In this document: in pieces, positions 1 through 12,326 of the stretch
Numbering within the stretch: the stretch's first letter is position 1
How the letters are laid out: each line of letters begins with the position of its first letter
Assembly: GCA_036495465.1 (NCBI GenBank)
Contig: DASXMV010000037.1
Location: 1 to 60,370 of the forward strand
Direction: 5' to 3'
Origin: Candidatus Udaeobacter sp.
GTDB lineage: Bacteria; Verrucomicrobiota; Verrucomicrobiia; Chthoniobacterales; UBA10450
DNA length: 60,370 nucleotides
Made by a program: the position numbers and the translations under genes
The notes under the pieces: model-generated
What the model saw: only the letters and a program-made list of their open reading frames with translations
What the model was told of the DNA's origin: nothing
The model's database searches: none

Positions 1-230
1 TAATTTCCGCTTGTGTCACCGCAAATCTTAGCGCACTTGCGATGCTGTCGTCCCGGGAAAAGAGAAAGATCGTGCATCGCGTACAGAATTCTTCGCTGCG
101 ATGGCTTGAGTCCGTCGCGCGCGTCTGGCAACGCGCGCGAAATGATGACCGACATCGAATAGTCGAGGAAGGATCTTGATACTTCCTCGGCTACATTTAT
201 CGGTTCAATTTTCTCGTTTGGGTTTAACAT
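1..230 (-). CDS. gyrA: DNA gyrase subunit A, N-terminal fragment (gene runs off the left edge)
   Basis: Absent from the ORF track because there is no stop inside the window. My reverse-strand translation from the ATG at 230-228 reads [55 protein letters not shown]...[11 protein letters not shown]. The block DYSMSVI-SRALPD-RDGLKP-RRILYAM is the canonical GyrA/ParC N-terminus. The start lies 11 nt downstream of the preceding minus-strand gene. Confidence 0.9.
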   Translation of the reverse strand, partial: MLNPNEKIEPINVAEEVSRSFLDYSMSVIISRALPDARDGLKPSQRRILYAMHDLSLFPGRQHRKCAKICGDTSGN

Positions 231-241
231 GATTATTTGGT

Positions 242-1021
242 TCACCCAGTTGCGGGCGAGTACACGGAAGGGCGCTCAGTAAGGAAACGTTGTTCCCAGC
301 TCCGCGAGGTTTCGTCAGCCTGTCTGATTGTTACGGGAGGCCCGATCCGGCCGCCCCGCGGCAGTAAAATATTTAGGAAATCCAGGACGCGGCGGATCGT
401 TCCCTCGTAATCCCGACACAGCTCTTCGTACTCGACGCGAAAAGGAGTAATGTCGTGTCGCTGAAAAAATGTGTACCAGATCTCTTCCTGCCGTTCGGCT
501 TCATGAAGAGATTGCTCGATCAACTCCGCATCGAATTGCGGTTCACGCAACGCGGTTTTTCCCTCCTGCACTTTCCAGAGGCCAGTCTGAAGGGCGCGCG
601 CCGTGGAGAGTGCCTGCCGCAGTTTATGGCGCCGCACAATGTGCACAAAGCGAAGGCGTGGGAAGGCATTTAGAAGCATTGTCAGATCATCCGTTGCCGC
701 GTCGCCAAAAGCGCGAGCATTTCGTAGACGGGTGAGAAAATCGTCCAGATACCAGCTCATTAATTTAAAGCCGAATACCTCGTTGCGAGTAATTTTCGTG
801 TTAACGATGGCGCGCACGTAACCCGGATAATCAGCACTTGGATCCAGCCCAAGTCCGGCACCGTAACGGGCCTCGGACTTTGGGAGGAAGAACTGTTTGG
901 GTATGCCCGCTTGTCGCGTGACACGCAAGCCATCGGTCAATAAATTGCTGCCCGAACGCGGAATTGTGCAGACAACGTAACAGCGTCGCGGATGGCGCAG
1001 TTTGTGAAACAAGCCTCCCAT
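242..1021 (-). CDS. Stf0-type (PAPS-dependent) sulfotransferase
   Basis: 259-aa ORF. The N-terminal '[14 protein letters not shown]' resembles the 5'-phosphosulfate-binding loop of cytosolic sulfotransferases, and size and layout resemble Stf0/trehalose-2-sulfotransferase-like proteins. It starts 9 nt after the gyrB stop and ends 11 nt before the gyrA start. Confidence 0.65.
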   Translation of the reverse strand: MGGLFHKLRHPRRCYVVCTIPRSGSNLLTDGLRVTRQAGIPKQFFLPKSEARYGAGLGLDPSADYPGYVRAIVNTKITRNEVFGFKLMSWYLDDFLTRLRNARAFGDAATDDLTMLLNAFPRLRFVHIVRRHKLRQALSTARALQTGLWKVQEGKTALREPQFDAELIEQSLHEAERQEEIWYTFFQRHDITPFRVEYEELCRDYEGTIRRVLDFLNILLPRGGRIGPPVTIRQADETSRSWEQRFLTERPSVYSPATG

Positions 1022-1030
1022 CTTTGGAAT

Positions 1031-3604
<2,574 letters not shown>

Positions 3605-3813
3605 TTAAGGCCGAGAAGAGCCTCTTAAGAGGATAGCTGAAATGTCTCGATAAACAACTAATATCTCGTCAGTAAATCGGCGTACATAGCACTAGGCATT
3701 GGGTAGGAGCGCCCGGTCAAACCCAAGATATTGGGTTCCTCCATCGGAGCCGCTACAAGCGGTTTTCAAGGTTTCTTCGTCGCTACTTGACCATGGGATT
3801 TTAAACCCGGAAG

Positions 3814-4458
3814 ATGCCATCCTTGATGCGCGCGCAAACCTTGTTGGAGGCACGCTGGATTCTCCTAATTCTGGCATTCGCAACTGTTGGGTTCTGGTTA
3901 GTTTCGGCGTGGTTGTCGCTGATCTTTCTGGCTCTTTTTCTCTTCACGATCGCGTTCTTTCGGGACCCGGATCGTCGTGTGCCGGCAGACTCCAGTCTAA
4001 TCGTTGCGCCGGCTGATGGCACGATCAGGGATATCATTGAATTGGAAGAAAAGGAGGTTCTGAAAATGAAAACGCGACGCGTCGGAATTTTCCTATCGAT
4101 TTTTGATGTTCACACGAATCGAGCGCCAATCGATGGGCGCATCGTTTATCGTCAGCGTCATGAAGGTCTTTGCCTCGATGCTCGCGATCCAGATTGCCCG
4201 GAGAAAAACGAAGCGATGACATGGGCGTTTGAGAATCCACGAGTAACCGTTGTCGTTAGGCAACTAACCGGCGCGATTGCCAGGCGCATCGTTGCCTGGG
4301 CAAAGGTTGGAGATGAATTGAAAAAGGGAGAGCGCTTCGGGATGATTCGCTTCGGTTCACGGACGGAATTATATTTGCCGCTCGAAGCTGAAGTCCTTGT
4401 GAAAAAAGGCGATCACGTTTCTGGAGGATCGACAATCATCGCGCGCTTGTCTGAGTGA
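3814..4458 (+). CDS. psd: phosphatidylserine decarboxylase, short membrane-anchored type
   Basis: 214-aa ORF with an N-terminal TM segment, 'FFRDPDR' and the 'RFGSRTELYLP' (G-S self-cleavage/pyruvoyl) motif. Its stop overlaps the pssA start (TGATG). Confidence 0.8.
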   Translation: MPSLMRAQTLLEARWILLILAFATVGFWLVSAWLSLIFLALFLFTIAFFRDPDRRVPADSSLIVAPADGTIRDIIELEEKEVLKMKTRRVGIFLSIFDVHTNRAPIDGRIVYRQRHEGLCLDARDPDCPEKNEAMTWAFENPRVTVVVRQLTGAIARRIVAWAKVGDELKKGERFGMIRFGSRTELYLPLEAEVLVKKGDHVSGGSTIIARLSE

Positions 4459-5285
4459 TGAACGAGCAACCGTCTAAAATTTATCTTCTGCCGAACTTAA
4501 TGACGGCAGGAAATCTATTTTGTGGATTTACGGCCACGCTAAAAATTCTCGAGGGCGCGCTGTTACAGGCGTCCAATCCCGATGCAGCCACCGATCTTTT
4601 TCACACCGCTATCTGGTTCGTTCTCGGTGCGTTTGTTTTTGATTTCCTGGATGGACGCCTTGCTCGTTTAGGCGGCCACGAGAGTCCATTCGGTCGCGAG
4701 TTCGACTCGCTCGCAGATATTGTGTCGTTCGGGCTTGCCCCTGCGTTGATGGTTTACCGTGTCGTGTTGCAGGAGTTCCCGCGAGCGTGCTGGATCATCG
4801 CGTTTATTTATTTGACCTGCGGGGCGCTTCGGCTGGCCCGGTTTAATTCCATGGCGGCGAAGCATAACGGCGGCCACCATCCAAGCACGTTCACTGGTTT
4901 TCCCATTCCGGCCGCCGCTGGTCTGATCGCGTCCATAACCCTCTTCCTGCTTTGGCTGGCAGAAGGGGAACACAGCATCGGTAACTGGCGCTTCGTTCTG
5001 CCGCCATTGCTGTTGTTTCTTTCATTTATGATGTTCAGCCGCTTTCAATATCCCAGCTTCAAAGCGCTTAATTGGAAAACGAAGAAATCGATTCCGCGTT
5101 TTCTGATTATCATTCTGGTTCTTATTTTTACCGTGCTGAATTACGAGTGGATGCCGGCGGTGCTTTTCCTGGCGTATCTGCTCTATGGTCTGCTGCGATC
5201 CTGGCTCTCGCGCGACTGGCGTCGTGAAATTGAAGAAGAGATTGGCGAAGAGCCTTCGGAAGAAGCCCCAGAACAAGCGCAATAG
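4458..5285 (+). CDS. pssA: CDP-diacylglycerol--serine O-phosphatidyltransferase
   Basis: The CDP-alcohol phosphatidyltransferase signature is present: 'DFLDGRLARLGGHESPFGREFDSLADIVSFG' (D-x2-DG-x2-AR...G-x3-D-x3-D). The protein is multi-TM. I prefer the ATG at 4458 over the GTG at 4455 given in the track. Confidence 0.85.
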   Translation: MNEQPSKIYLLPNLMTAGNLFCGFTATLKILEGALLQASNPDAATDLFHTAIWFVLGAFVFDFLDGRLARLGGHESPFGREFDSLADIVSFGLAPALMVYRVVLQEFPRACWIIAFIYLTCGALRLARFNSMAAKHNGGHHPSTFTGFPIPAAAGLIASITLFLLWLAEGEHSIGNWRFVLPPLLLFLSFMMFSRFQYPSFKALNWKTKKSIPRFLIIILVLIFTVLNYEWMPAVLFLAYLLYGLLRSWLSRDWRREIEEEIGEEPSEEAPEQAQ

Positions 5286-5341
5286 TCGCAGCCTCGTCCA
5301 CAACGACTGTGGTTGCCCAGCGCGGCAGGCGGCGCGCCTGT

Positions 5342-6061
5342 TTATACTGACTGATTCAACTTTGCTAGAATTTCAGGATCGCGGACGTCTGCCCATTCAC
5401 CAGTTAGCTCGAGCGCTTTCACTTTTCGGCCCGAATGCGCCAGATCGCGGATCGCATCTGTGAGTTCGTACTCGCCGCGTGGCGATGGCTTCAGCCTGGC
5501 AATGAATTCAAAAATACTTGGCCGGAATGCGTACAGACCCGCATTGTACCATGGACTCGTTGGTTCGCCTGGCTTTGGTTTTTCTCGAAGATCGATGAGC
5601 TCCATTTGCGCGTTCACAAAAACCGCGCCGCCTTTGCTGACGTCCTCACCGCGCGTAACGGTGACCATCGCTTCGAAATTTTCAGGAAGATCCACAACCC
5701 GGTTGTAATTCACGGGGCTGATCAAAATATCGCCGTAGCTCAAAATGAATGGCGAGTCACCAGTGAAGCTACGAGCCAGATTGACGACGCGGCCTGTCCC
5801 GTCCTGTACTGTTTGTATGGCGTATGCGATTTCGATATTGCTATGCGCGCCATTACCGAAAACATTCCGCACTGTCTCGGCATGATAGCCGACAATAAGT
5901 AAAATTTCGCGCACACCCGCATCGCGAAGTCCTTCGACGATATACTGCAAAACCGGTTTGCCCCGTACGTTCATCATCGGTTTCGGAAAATCAGCGGTGA
6001 GTTCCCGCATGCGCTTACCGCGGCCGGCTGCGAGAACGACCGCCTTATCGATCTTCGTCAT
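5342..6061 (-). CDS. sugar-phosphate nucleotidyltransferase (NTP-transferase family)
   Basis: 'VVLAAGRGKRMRELT' is a G-x-G-x-R nucleotide-binding signature. The fold resembles glucose-1-P thymidylyl/uridylyl-transferases. The track ORF begins at a GTG (6103); I prefer the ATG at 6061 (MTKIDKAVVLAAG). Confidence 0.7.
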   Translation of the reverse strand: MTKIDKAVVLAAGRGKRMRELTADFPKPMMNVRGKPVLQYIVEGLRDAGVREILLIVGYHAETVRNVFGNGAHSNIEIAYAIQTVQDGTGRVVNLARSFTGDSPFILSYGDILISPVNYNRVVDLPENFEAMVTVTRGEDVSKGGAVFVNAQMELIDLREKPKPGEPTSPWYNAGLYAFRPSIFEFIARLKPSPRGEYELTDAIRDLAHSGRKVKALELTGEWADVRDPEILAKLNQSV

Positions 6062-6126
6062 GGGGTGCAGAACTGAAGGAATCGTCAAACGCCGATAAGC
6101 CACGGCGCAGCTCCGTTCTGAAATCG

Positions 6127-9100
6127 CTATTCATTCTTCTTTGGCTGGATGATGATAAGCGCGGGGAGGTTGGCCTCCTTGATGGCTTCGCCTACTTTCG
6201 GAACGTCCTCAGTTTTTGTTTGTGCCCATTTCTTTAACTGCTGTTCCAACTGACTGCTCAACATCTGGAAAACTTTGAGTTGTCCCTGGGTAGGCTCCGT
6301 GTCGCCGGACTCGATTGTGTGGCTAAATGTTTCAAAGCGTTCGTTCAGCATATCGGGAAAGGCAAGGTTTGCTTCTGAGCCTTTCATGTTTACCTGGGTG
6401 AGCTTCTGTTCGATCTCCGACATTTTGTGATCGAGTTCGTCGGCTGCCACAAGAGCCGGTTTTAACTTGGGGTCGCCGTCAAAACGTTTGTGCAGGTTTT
6501 GAATCTGCGACCTTAGATCACGGATCTCATTGACCGCCTGATGCAATCGCGACATTGAATCATTGACCTGTGTGGCCAAAGCAAACTGCTTTTGTACATT
6601 GGCTTCCGCCCCTTTGTTTCGCGGATCAATCGCCAGATGTAGCGGCGCAGTCTGCGACTTTCCAGCGACAGTTAATTTCACCTGATATTCACCAGGCGGC
6701 GCGAGTGGTCCTCGGGGGCCCACGCCAGAGTAAAACGCACTGGGTATCTGAATTGGGTCATCGAAGCGCAGATCCCACGCGAAACGGTTCATTCCTTGAT
6801 TCGCGGGAATAGTTTTTACCCGCTCCACGCGGTCCGGCCACTCCGGCGGCTGTTCACCTTCTTTTTTCTCTTTGCTGGAGAGATGTCTGACGACTTTGCC
6901 TGAAGAATCCAAAATATCGAGTGAGACCTCATCTTTCGGCGCCGCTTTGAAATAGTAATCAATGATGGCACCGGGGGGCGGGTTATCACCAACCGGCTGG
7001 CGCTTGTCGAACTCCTCCGGGTAATGCAAACGCGCTGCATTTTGCGGTTGATAAAGGATCATGTCTACCTGGTCAGATTTCGCACTGACCTGACGGAGCG
7101 GTGTAATATCATCCAGGACCCAGAACGAGCGGCCATGAGTCGCCACGACCAGGTCGTCATCCTTTATCAACAGATCGTGAATGGGTGAGACGGGTAGATT
7201 TAACTGAAGTGGCTGCCAATGCATGCCGTCATCAAATGAAACAAACGCTCCCAGCTCCGTGCCTGCGTAGAGCAATCCGCGTTTTTTGGGATCTTCGCGC
7301 ACGGCATGTACGTACGCACCGTCGGGAATCCCTGTCACAATCACGCTCCAGCTCTTTCCAACGTCGGTCGTTTTATAAATGTACGGCTTGAAGTCATCGA
7401 GTCTGTGCCGGTCCACAGCGACATAGGCGGCATTGGCGTCATGCGGAGAAGGATCGATCAGGCTGACCGTACTCCACTCAGGCATCTTCGGCGTGACTTT
7501 TGACCAATTTTGTCCGTCATCGGTCGTGACGTGAACGAGCCCATCGTCTGTGCCGGCCCAAAGTGTTCCCCTTTTTATCGGTGACTCTGCGAGCGCAAAA
7601 ACAGTGTCGTAATATTCAACTGAGGTAATGTCGTTAGTCAGCGGACCACCGCTCGGTTGTTGTTTTGATTTATCATTGCGAGTCAAATCACCACTGATTT
7701 GCGTCCAACTTTGTCCGTGATCTGTCGATTTGAAAACGCATTCTGCGCCAGTGTACAAAACATCGGGATTGTGCGGAGAAAGAGTGAGCGGTGTTACCCA
7801 CTGAAAGCGATGAATAAGATCGGCAGCGCCGTGACCTGAGTTATCCAAAGGCAACACACTGACATCCTGTGTTTCTTCGGTGGTCTTGTTGTAACGATAG
7901 ATGGTGTTTTCGTTGTTCGAATAAATGACGTGCCAATCACGGGGGTCGGCGAGAACAAAGCCAGCCTCGCCGCCACCGACGTCGAACCAGTTTGCGGCGC
8001 CGATTGCGCCCCAGTCTGTGCGACTGGCGATGCCAATGCTCGAGTTATCCTGCTGCGCGCCATAAATGTGATACGGAAAAGCATTGTCCACGGAAACGTG
8101 ATAAAACTGCGCAGTGGGCTGGTTGTTTTGGGTCGTCCATGTTTTTCCCCCGTCGATTGAGATACTCACGCCTCCATCATTGGCGTTGGCGATGCGATTT
8201 GGGTTTTCTGGATCAATCCAGAGTCCGTGATGATCTCCATGGCGCGCTGGCAACAAGTTGAAGGTTTTTCCACCATCAACCGATCGAAATAAGCCGGTGT
8301 TTAAAAGGTAAACCGTGTCCGGGGATTTCGGATCGGCATAAACCTTGCTGAAATACCATGCGCGTTGCCGAAAACGACCGTCATCATTTACACGCGTCCA
8401 ATGTTGTCCGGCATCATCAGAACGATAAAGGCCTCCTTCCTTTGCCTCGATGATTGCATAAACTCTGTTTGAATCGGCGCCGGAAACCGAGATGCCGATC
8501 CTTCCAAGGATCCCTTCTGGCAGCCCATTCCCCTCGAGACGTTTCCAGGTTACGCCATTATCTTCAGATCGATAAAGCCCGCTGCCCGGCCCGCCACTGG
8601 AAAAAAACCACGGCTGTCGTCGCGCCTGCCACAACGAAGCGAAGACGATGTTCGGGTTATGCGGATCAAAAACAACGTCGATCCCGCCAGTGTTTTCGTC
8701 TTTGGCTAAAACCTTCGTCCATGTCTTTCCACCATCGGCGGTCCGAAATATTCCGCGCTCTGCATTCGGGCCAAACGCATGACCCAACGCCGCCACCAGG
8801 GCAACATTTTCATTTCTGGGATCAACAACCAGTGCACCGATTTGGCGGGTGTCCTTTAAACCAACATTTTCCCAAGTCTTACCGCCATCAATGGATTTGA
8901 AAACGCCAGTGCCATAGGTCGTATTGCCGCGAATGGCCGCTTCGCCCGTCCCCACGTAGATCACATTGTGATCTGACGGCGCAACGGCGATGGCTCCGAT
9001 TGACGAAATCGGCTGTTTGTCAAAGAGGGGAGTCCAATTCGCACCGCCGTCACTCGACTTCCAGACTCCTCCCGCGACGGCACCAAAATAAAAAGTGTCC

Positions 9101-9315
9101 GGCTCCCCTGGCACTCCTTCGATTGTCAGGGCCCGTCCCCCACGAAATGGTCCAATCTGTCGCCACTGCATTCCTTTAAACAATTTTTCGTCAATGGTTC
9201 CGGGTGGGGTTGGAGTAGGGGACGGAGAGGAGTGAAGAGAAGGGGAGAATAGAAATGCGGAAATCCCCAAAATGAATTGAACTACCCAAAGAGAACCACA
9301 ACGAGACCTAATCAT
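6127..9315 (-). CDS. secreted BNR/Asp-box repeat protein (sortilin/VPS10-like double beta-propeller, glycosidase-like)
   Basis: 1062-aa ORF with an N-terminal signal peptide (LWVVQFILGISAFLFSPSLHS). About 11 Asp-box repeats (S-x-D-x-G-x-T/S-W) are visible, e.g. SSDGGANW, SIDGGKTW, TADGGKTW, SEDNGVTW, SDDAGQHW, STDHGQSW, TTDDGQNW. Confidence 0.8.
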   Translation of the reverse strand: MIRSRCGSLWVVQFILGISAFLFSPSLHSSPSPTPTPPGTIDEKLFKGMQWRQIGPFRGGRALTIEGVPGEPDTFYFGAVAGGVWKSSDGGANWTPLFDKQPISSIGAIAVAPSDHNVIYVGTGEAAIRGNTTYGTGVFKSIDGGKTWENVGLKDTRQIGALVVDPRNENVALVAALGHAFGPNAERGIFRTADGGKTWTKVLAKDENTGGIDVVFDPHNPNIVFASLWQARRQPWFFSSGGPGSGLYRSEDNGVTWKRLEGNGLPEGILGRIGISVSGADSNRVYAIIEAKEGGLYRSDDAGQHWTRVNDDGRFRQRAWYFSKVYADPKSPDTVYLLNTGLFRSVDGGKTFNLLPARHGDHHGLWIDPENPNRIANANDGGVSISIDGGKTWTTQNNQPTAQFYHVSVDNAFPYHIYGAQQDNSSIGIASRTDWGAIGAANWFDVGGGEAGFVLADPRDWHVIYSNNENTIYRYNKTTEETQDVSVLPLDNSGHGAADLIHRFQWVTPLTLSPHNPDVLYTGAECVFKSTDHGQSWTQISGDLTRNDKSKQQPSGGPLTNDITSVEYYDTVFALAESPIKRGTLWAGTDDGLVHVTTDDGQNWSKVTPKMPEWSTVSLIDPSPHDANAAYVAVDRHRLDDFKPYIYKTTDVGKSWSVIVTGIPDGAYVHAVREDPKKRGLLYAGTELGAFVSFDDGMHWQPLQLNLPVSPIHDLLIKDDDLVVATHGRSFWVLDDITPLRQVSAKSDQVDMILYQPQNAARLHYPEEFDKRQPVGDNPPPGAIIDYYFKAAPKDEVSLDILDSSGKVVRHLSSKEKKEGEQPPEWPDRVERVKTIPANQGMNRFAWDLRFDDPIQIPSAFYSGVGPRGPLAPPGEYQVKLTVAGKSQTAPLHLAIDPRNKGAEANVQKQFALATQVNDSMSRLHQAVNEIRDLRSQIQNLHKRFDGDPKLKPALVAADELDHKMSEIEQKLTQVNMKGSEANLAFPDMLNERFETFSHTIESGDTEPTQGQLKVFQMLSSQLEQQLKKWAQTKTEDVPKVGEAIKEANLPALIIIQPKKNE

Positions 9316-9412
9316 CCGCCTAAAGTGAAAAGCTTGTGGCTTCGTTCAACTGGAATCCGCCGCCAACAAAGACGATGCCGCTGCGCAGTGTGTCAGTGAC
9401 GCTCCGGAATAG

Positions 9413-10411
9413 TTACACGTTCAAGGCGGCCATTCTGGTCGCGGACGCTTCCATTTCACTTCCACCGTGTTCCCCGCCGCCAAAATGCCGCGCAGCGTAA
9501 TATGAGCCAATTACCAAAACAGCCGCAATGAACTGCGCCACTAAAGTTTCAACAGTAGGGAAGACTGCAAACCAGAGTCCCATCCAAGGGGGCAAATAGT
9601 TCTTTAGTGAAGTAATTTCAGTCGTGGAGATCCAATGTGCCTGCTGCATTTCCTGTGCTTGCTCGCCGACCATTACGAGCAACACAATTCCCAGAAGAAT
9701 GCCCGTCGTAATCAACATTTTCCGGTACGGCAGACGCTGCTGAAGCACAAAAGTCAAAATTGCTACCATTGCTGTAAGAACAAGGCCCAACAGCGCTCCC
9801 TTTAGCACCACCGCTCCCCCGAGTCGCAAATGATAGCTTTGCAAGAAAAGCACTACTTCGAATCCTTCGCGATACAGCGAAGTAAATCCGAGCAGGATCA
9901 ATCCGAACCAGAGACGCCATTGGTATTTCTCGGCAGCGCCGGCATTTTCGAGCAATGTTTTACGACGCCGATTGTGGGCGCGAATCCAGCCGCCCCAATA
10001 GATCCTGTGGAAGAACCAATTCATGATGATGAGCAAAACGATGACCGCGAGCAAGCCCGTAGCGGCTTGTAAATCGAGCGCTGACATGTTGTCGCTCAGT
10101 GAACCCACGATGCGCACCGCGATAAACCATGTGATCAGGCTGGCAACAAATGCGAGAGCAGCCCCCAATGCGACTGGCTTACGATGAACGCGTTTGGCGC
10201 CAGTCATGCTGGCAGTAATCGCGGCCAGGACCAGGATACATTCCAAGCCTTCGCGAAAAACGAGAACGCCAATATCTAAAAACGCCACAGTCGGACTCGT
10301 ATTGGGTTGTGTCGGGTCGGGCGCTCCATGTGTGGTAACTCCCTGCCACACAAGCGTCGCTACTATGCAGAGTGCAGCTATGACGATGCCGACGCGCAAA
10401 GCAGGCTTCAT
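9413..10411 (-). CDS. FTR1-family high-affinity iron permease
   Basis: 332-aa polytopic membrane protein with two REXXE motifs ('REGLECILV', 'REGFEVVLF') typical of Ftr1/EfeU. Confidence 0.8.
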   Translation of the reverse strand: MKPALRVGIVIAALCIVATLVWQGVTTHGAPDPTQPNTSPTVAFLDIGVLVFREGLECILVLAAITASMTGAKRVHRKPVALGAALAFVASLITWFIAVRIVGSLSDNMSALDLQAATGLLAVIVLLIIMNWFFHRIYWGGWIRAHNRRRKTLLENAGAAEKYQWRLWFGLILLGFTSLYREGFEVVLFLQSYHLRLGGAVVLKGALLGLVLTAMVAILTFVLQQRLPYRKMLITTGILLGIVLLVMVGEQAQEMQQAHWISTTEITSLKNYLPPWMGLWFAVFPTVETLVAQFIAAVLVIGSYYAARHFGGGEHGGSEMEASATRMAALNV

Positions 10412-10525
10412 TTCCGCTTAAACTTATCACATGCGGACAGCGGTGCTGTCGGTTGATTGCTTTTTTTTAGCGACTGATTGCGCGCTTTTCCGGCTGCGGG
10501 CGGTTGGGTTGCCGGTAATAATTCA

Positions 10526-11323
10526 ATGACTTACGATGACTGCCCCATGGCGGCATATGTTCTGGGTCATCATTTGAAAGGTGAAGGGAAACGGCTGGCG
10601 TTGATGTCGAAACTGCTCGATCCGATGCATCAGCGATACCTTCGGGCGCTCGCTCTGCTCAAATCGGGTGCTAACACCCTGGAGGTTGGCTGCGGCAATG
10701 GCTCAATTTCAGCGTGGCTTGCGCGGCGGGTAGCCCCGGAAGGACGCGCGGTAGCCGTTGATCTCGACCTTTCACTTGTTGCTGTGCGCGCGCCGAATTT
10801 GGAGTTGTGCAAACACGATATCCTGGCGGGTCCGGTAGAACGCGGAAGCTTCGACATTGTAACCGCGCGTGCGGTGCTTCACCACGTGGCCGATCCCGGA
10901 AAGGCAATCGCGAACCTTGTTGCGAGCTTGCGTCCTGGTGGCGCAATTCTATTGATTGAACCGGATTTTCTTCCAGTCACAATCGCCGAACCACCGCAGG
11001 TACGCGCGTTTTGGGAGGGTTGGCTTGCGTGGTCACGGGACGAGGGAATTGACTACCAAATCGGTCGCTCTCTTGCGCCGAGCTTGGCAGGTATAGGTCT
11101 CGAGCGAATCGCTGGCGCGGCCGAGACGGCAATTTACAACGGGACCAGTCCTTGGGCAGATTATTGGGTGCAGACTATCAAAGAACTGCGCGGAGATTTG
11201 GTCGGTTCTCGCAGGCTTAATAACGAAGTGATTGACACTTTTCTCAGTCATTGCGCCGATTCTGTTTGGTGGACACAAACAATCGCCTTCACTGCAGTTC
11301 ACGGTTACGCTCCTGAGCAATAA
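10526..11323 (+). CDS. class I SAM-dependent methyltransferase
   Basis: SAM-binding motif I 'TLEVGCGNGSISAWL' and post-I 'AVDLD' are present. The track ORF starts at a TTG (10478); I prefer the ATG at 10526. Confidence 0.7.
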   Translation: MTYDDCPMAAYVLGHHLKGEGKRLALMSKLLDPMHQRYLRALALLKSGANTLEVGCGNGSISAWLARRVAPEGRAVAVDLDLSLVAVRAPNLELCKHDILAGPVERGSFDIVTARAVLHHVADPGKAIANLVASLRPGGAILLIEPDFLPVTIAEPPQVRAFWEGWLAWSRDEGIDYQIGRSLAPSLAGIGLERIAGAAETAIYNGTSPWADYWVQTIKELRGDLVGSRRLNNEVIDTFLSHCADSVWWTQTIAFTAVHGYAPEQ

Positions 11324-11428
11324 ATTTCGCTATTCCGCCTGAATCTTCGCGGACATATTCGGTCTACGAAAGTGGGTGCAGCTCCCTGGTATTGTTGTGA
11401 TTTCCGGTGAAACGAGTAGTTTTCGCGG

Positions 11429-11902
11429 TTGCAACGAGCCCGGGGTTTTACGCTGATCGAAATTGCGCTCAGTATCTTCATACTGCTGTTATTGCTCGTA
11501 ATGGCAGTGCCCAGTTTTACCGGCGTGATCGCAAACAGGCGCTTAAAACAATCGCTGGATGATTTCAACAATCTTGTGCGCCAGGCGCAGGAGCGAAGCG
11601 TCACCGAGCGCCGTTCTTACCTGATCGTTTGGAGCAAGAATGGTATTTCAGTGCGGCCCGAAGTTTTTGCGGAAGATGAGGAGGCCAAAGCAAAGGCTGA
11701 GTTTCGTCCAGCCAGGGGAAGCACACTGAAGCTCTCATTGCCCCTCGCGCTAGCGGGAAAATATCCGGGCGAATGGATTTTCTGGCCGTCGGGGACCTGC
11801 GAGCCCGCAACGGTGCGCTTCCAGGGGCCCGCAGGTTCATGGACGGCGAACTATTCCCCGCTAACGGCGCGGCCAGAAATTACGAATTATGCGGTCCGAT
11901 AA
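11429..11902 (+). CDS. gspH: type II secretion minor pseudopilin, GspH-like
   Basis: Prepilin cleavage/methylation motif 'RG|FTLIEIALSIFILLLL' at the N-terminus with a TTG start. It is the first gene of a run of four pseudopilin-like genes. Confidence 0.6.
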   Translation: MQRARGFTLIEIALSIFILLLLLVMAVPSFTGVIANRRLKQSLDDFNNLVRQAQERSVTERRSYLIVWSKNGISVRPEVFAEDEEAKAKAEFRPARGSTLKLSLPLALAGKYPGEWIFWPSGTCEPATVRFQGPAGSWTANYSPLTARPEITNYAVR

Positions 11903-12326
11903 AAGCAGCGAAATTCGAAATTTGAAATTCGAAATCCAAAACGATTGTCGCGGATTTGCATTGTACGAGGTCCTCCTTGGCATCACGATTTTTGCCCTTG
12001 GTGTCATCGCACTTGGGCATGCGGTCGAAAATTGCCTAAACGCCAGCACAATTAACGCTGAAGAAGAGGTTGTGCGGCAGATTTTGTCGAATCAGATGGC
12101 TGAAATTCAGGCGTCGCGAGGCATTCCGGACGATTCCAAGGAATTCAAAATCGGCAGCAATTACGGAGGTATAAAAGTGGTTCAAAAAACGGCGGCAGCC
12201 GCACTGACAGAACCGGATAATACAGTTCTCGACGCAATCTACCTCGTTACCCTGACGGCTCAGTGGCAGCAGGGCGGCATTCCTCAGTCAAAACAGATCA
12301 AGTTTTATGTTTACCGTCCGGGGTAA
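11889..12326 (+). CDS. gspI: type II secretion minor pseudopilin, GspI-like
   Basis: Prepilin-type motif 'RG|FALYEVLLGITIFALGVIAL'. The start is uncertain: ATG 11889 gives a 22-aa leader encoded by the heptamer repeat, whereas an in-frame TTG inside the repeat would give a leader of about 11 aa. Confidence 0.55.
   Translation: MRSDKSSEIRNLKFEIQNDCRGFALYEVLLGITIFALGVIALGHAVENCLNASTINAEEEVVRQILSNQMAEIQASRGIPDDSKEFKIGSNYGGIKVVQKTAAAALTEPDNTVLDAIYLVTLTAQWQQGGIPQSKQIKFYVYRPG
11909..11936. repeat. 4 x heptamer tandem repeat (CGAAATT CGAAATT TGAAATT CGAAATC)
   Basis: Read directly in the sequence, immediately after the gspH stop (11900-11902). It falls inside the predicted long leader of the next pseudopilin ORF. 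Confidence 0.8.

Noticed and set aside
5326-5343. Short hairpin CAGGCG-GCG-CGCCTG after pssA as a terminator
   Set aside because: The stem is only 6 bp with a 3-nt loop and a 3-T tail, and it overlaps the stop codon of the convergent nucleotidyltransferase gene. This is too weak to call.
10430-10465. Hairpin GACAGC-GGT-GCTGTC followed by a T8 run, which looks like a terminator
   Set aside because: It lies in a divergent promoter region (FTR1 on the minus strand, methyltransferase on the plus strand), so no co-oriented gene ends upstream. The T-run is 12 nt from the weak 6-bp stem. It is more likely promoter-region AT-tract or UP-like sequence.
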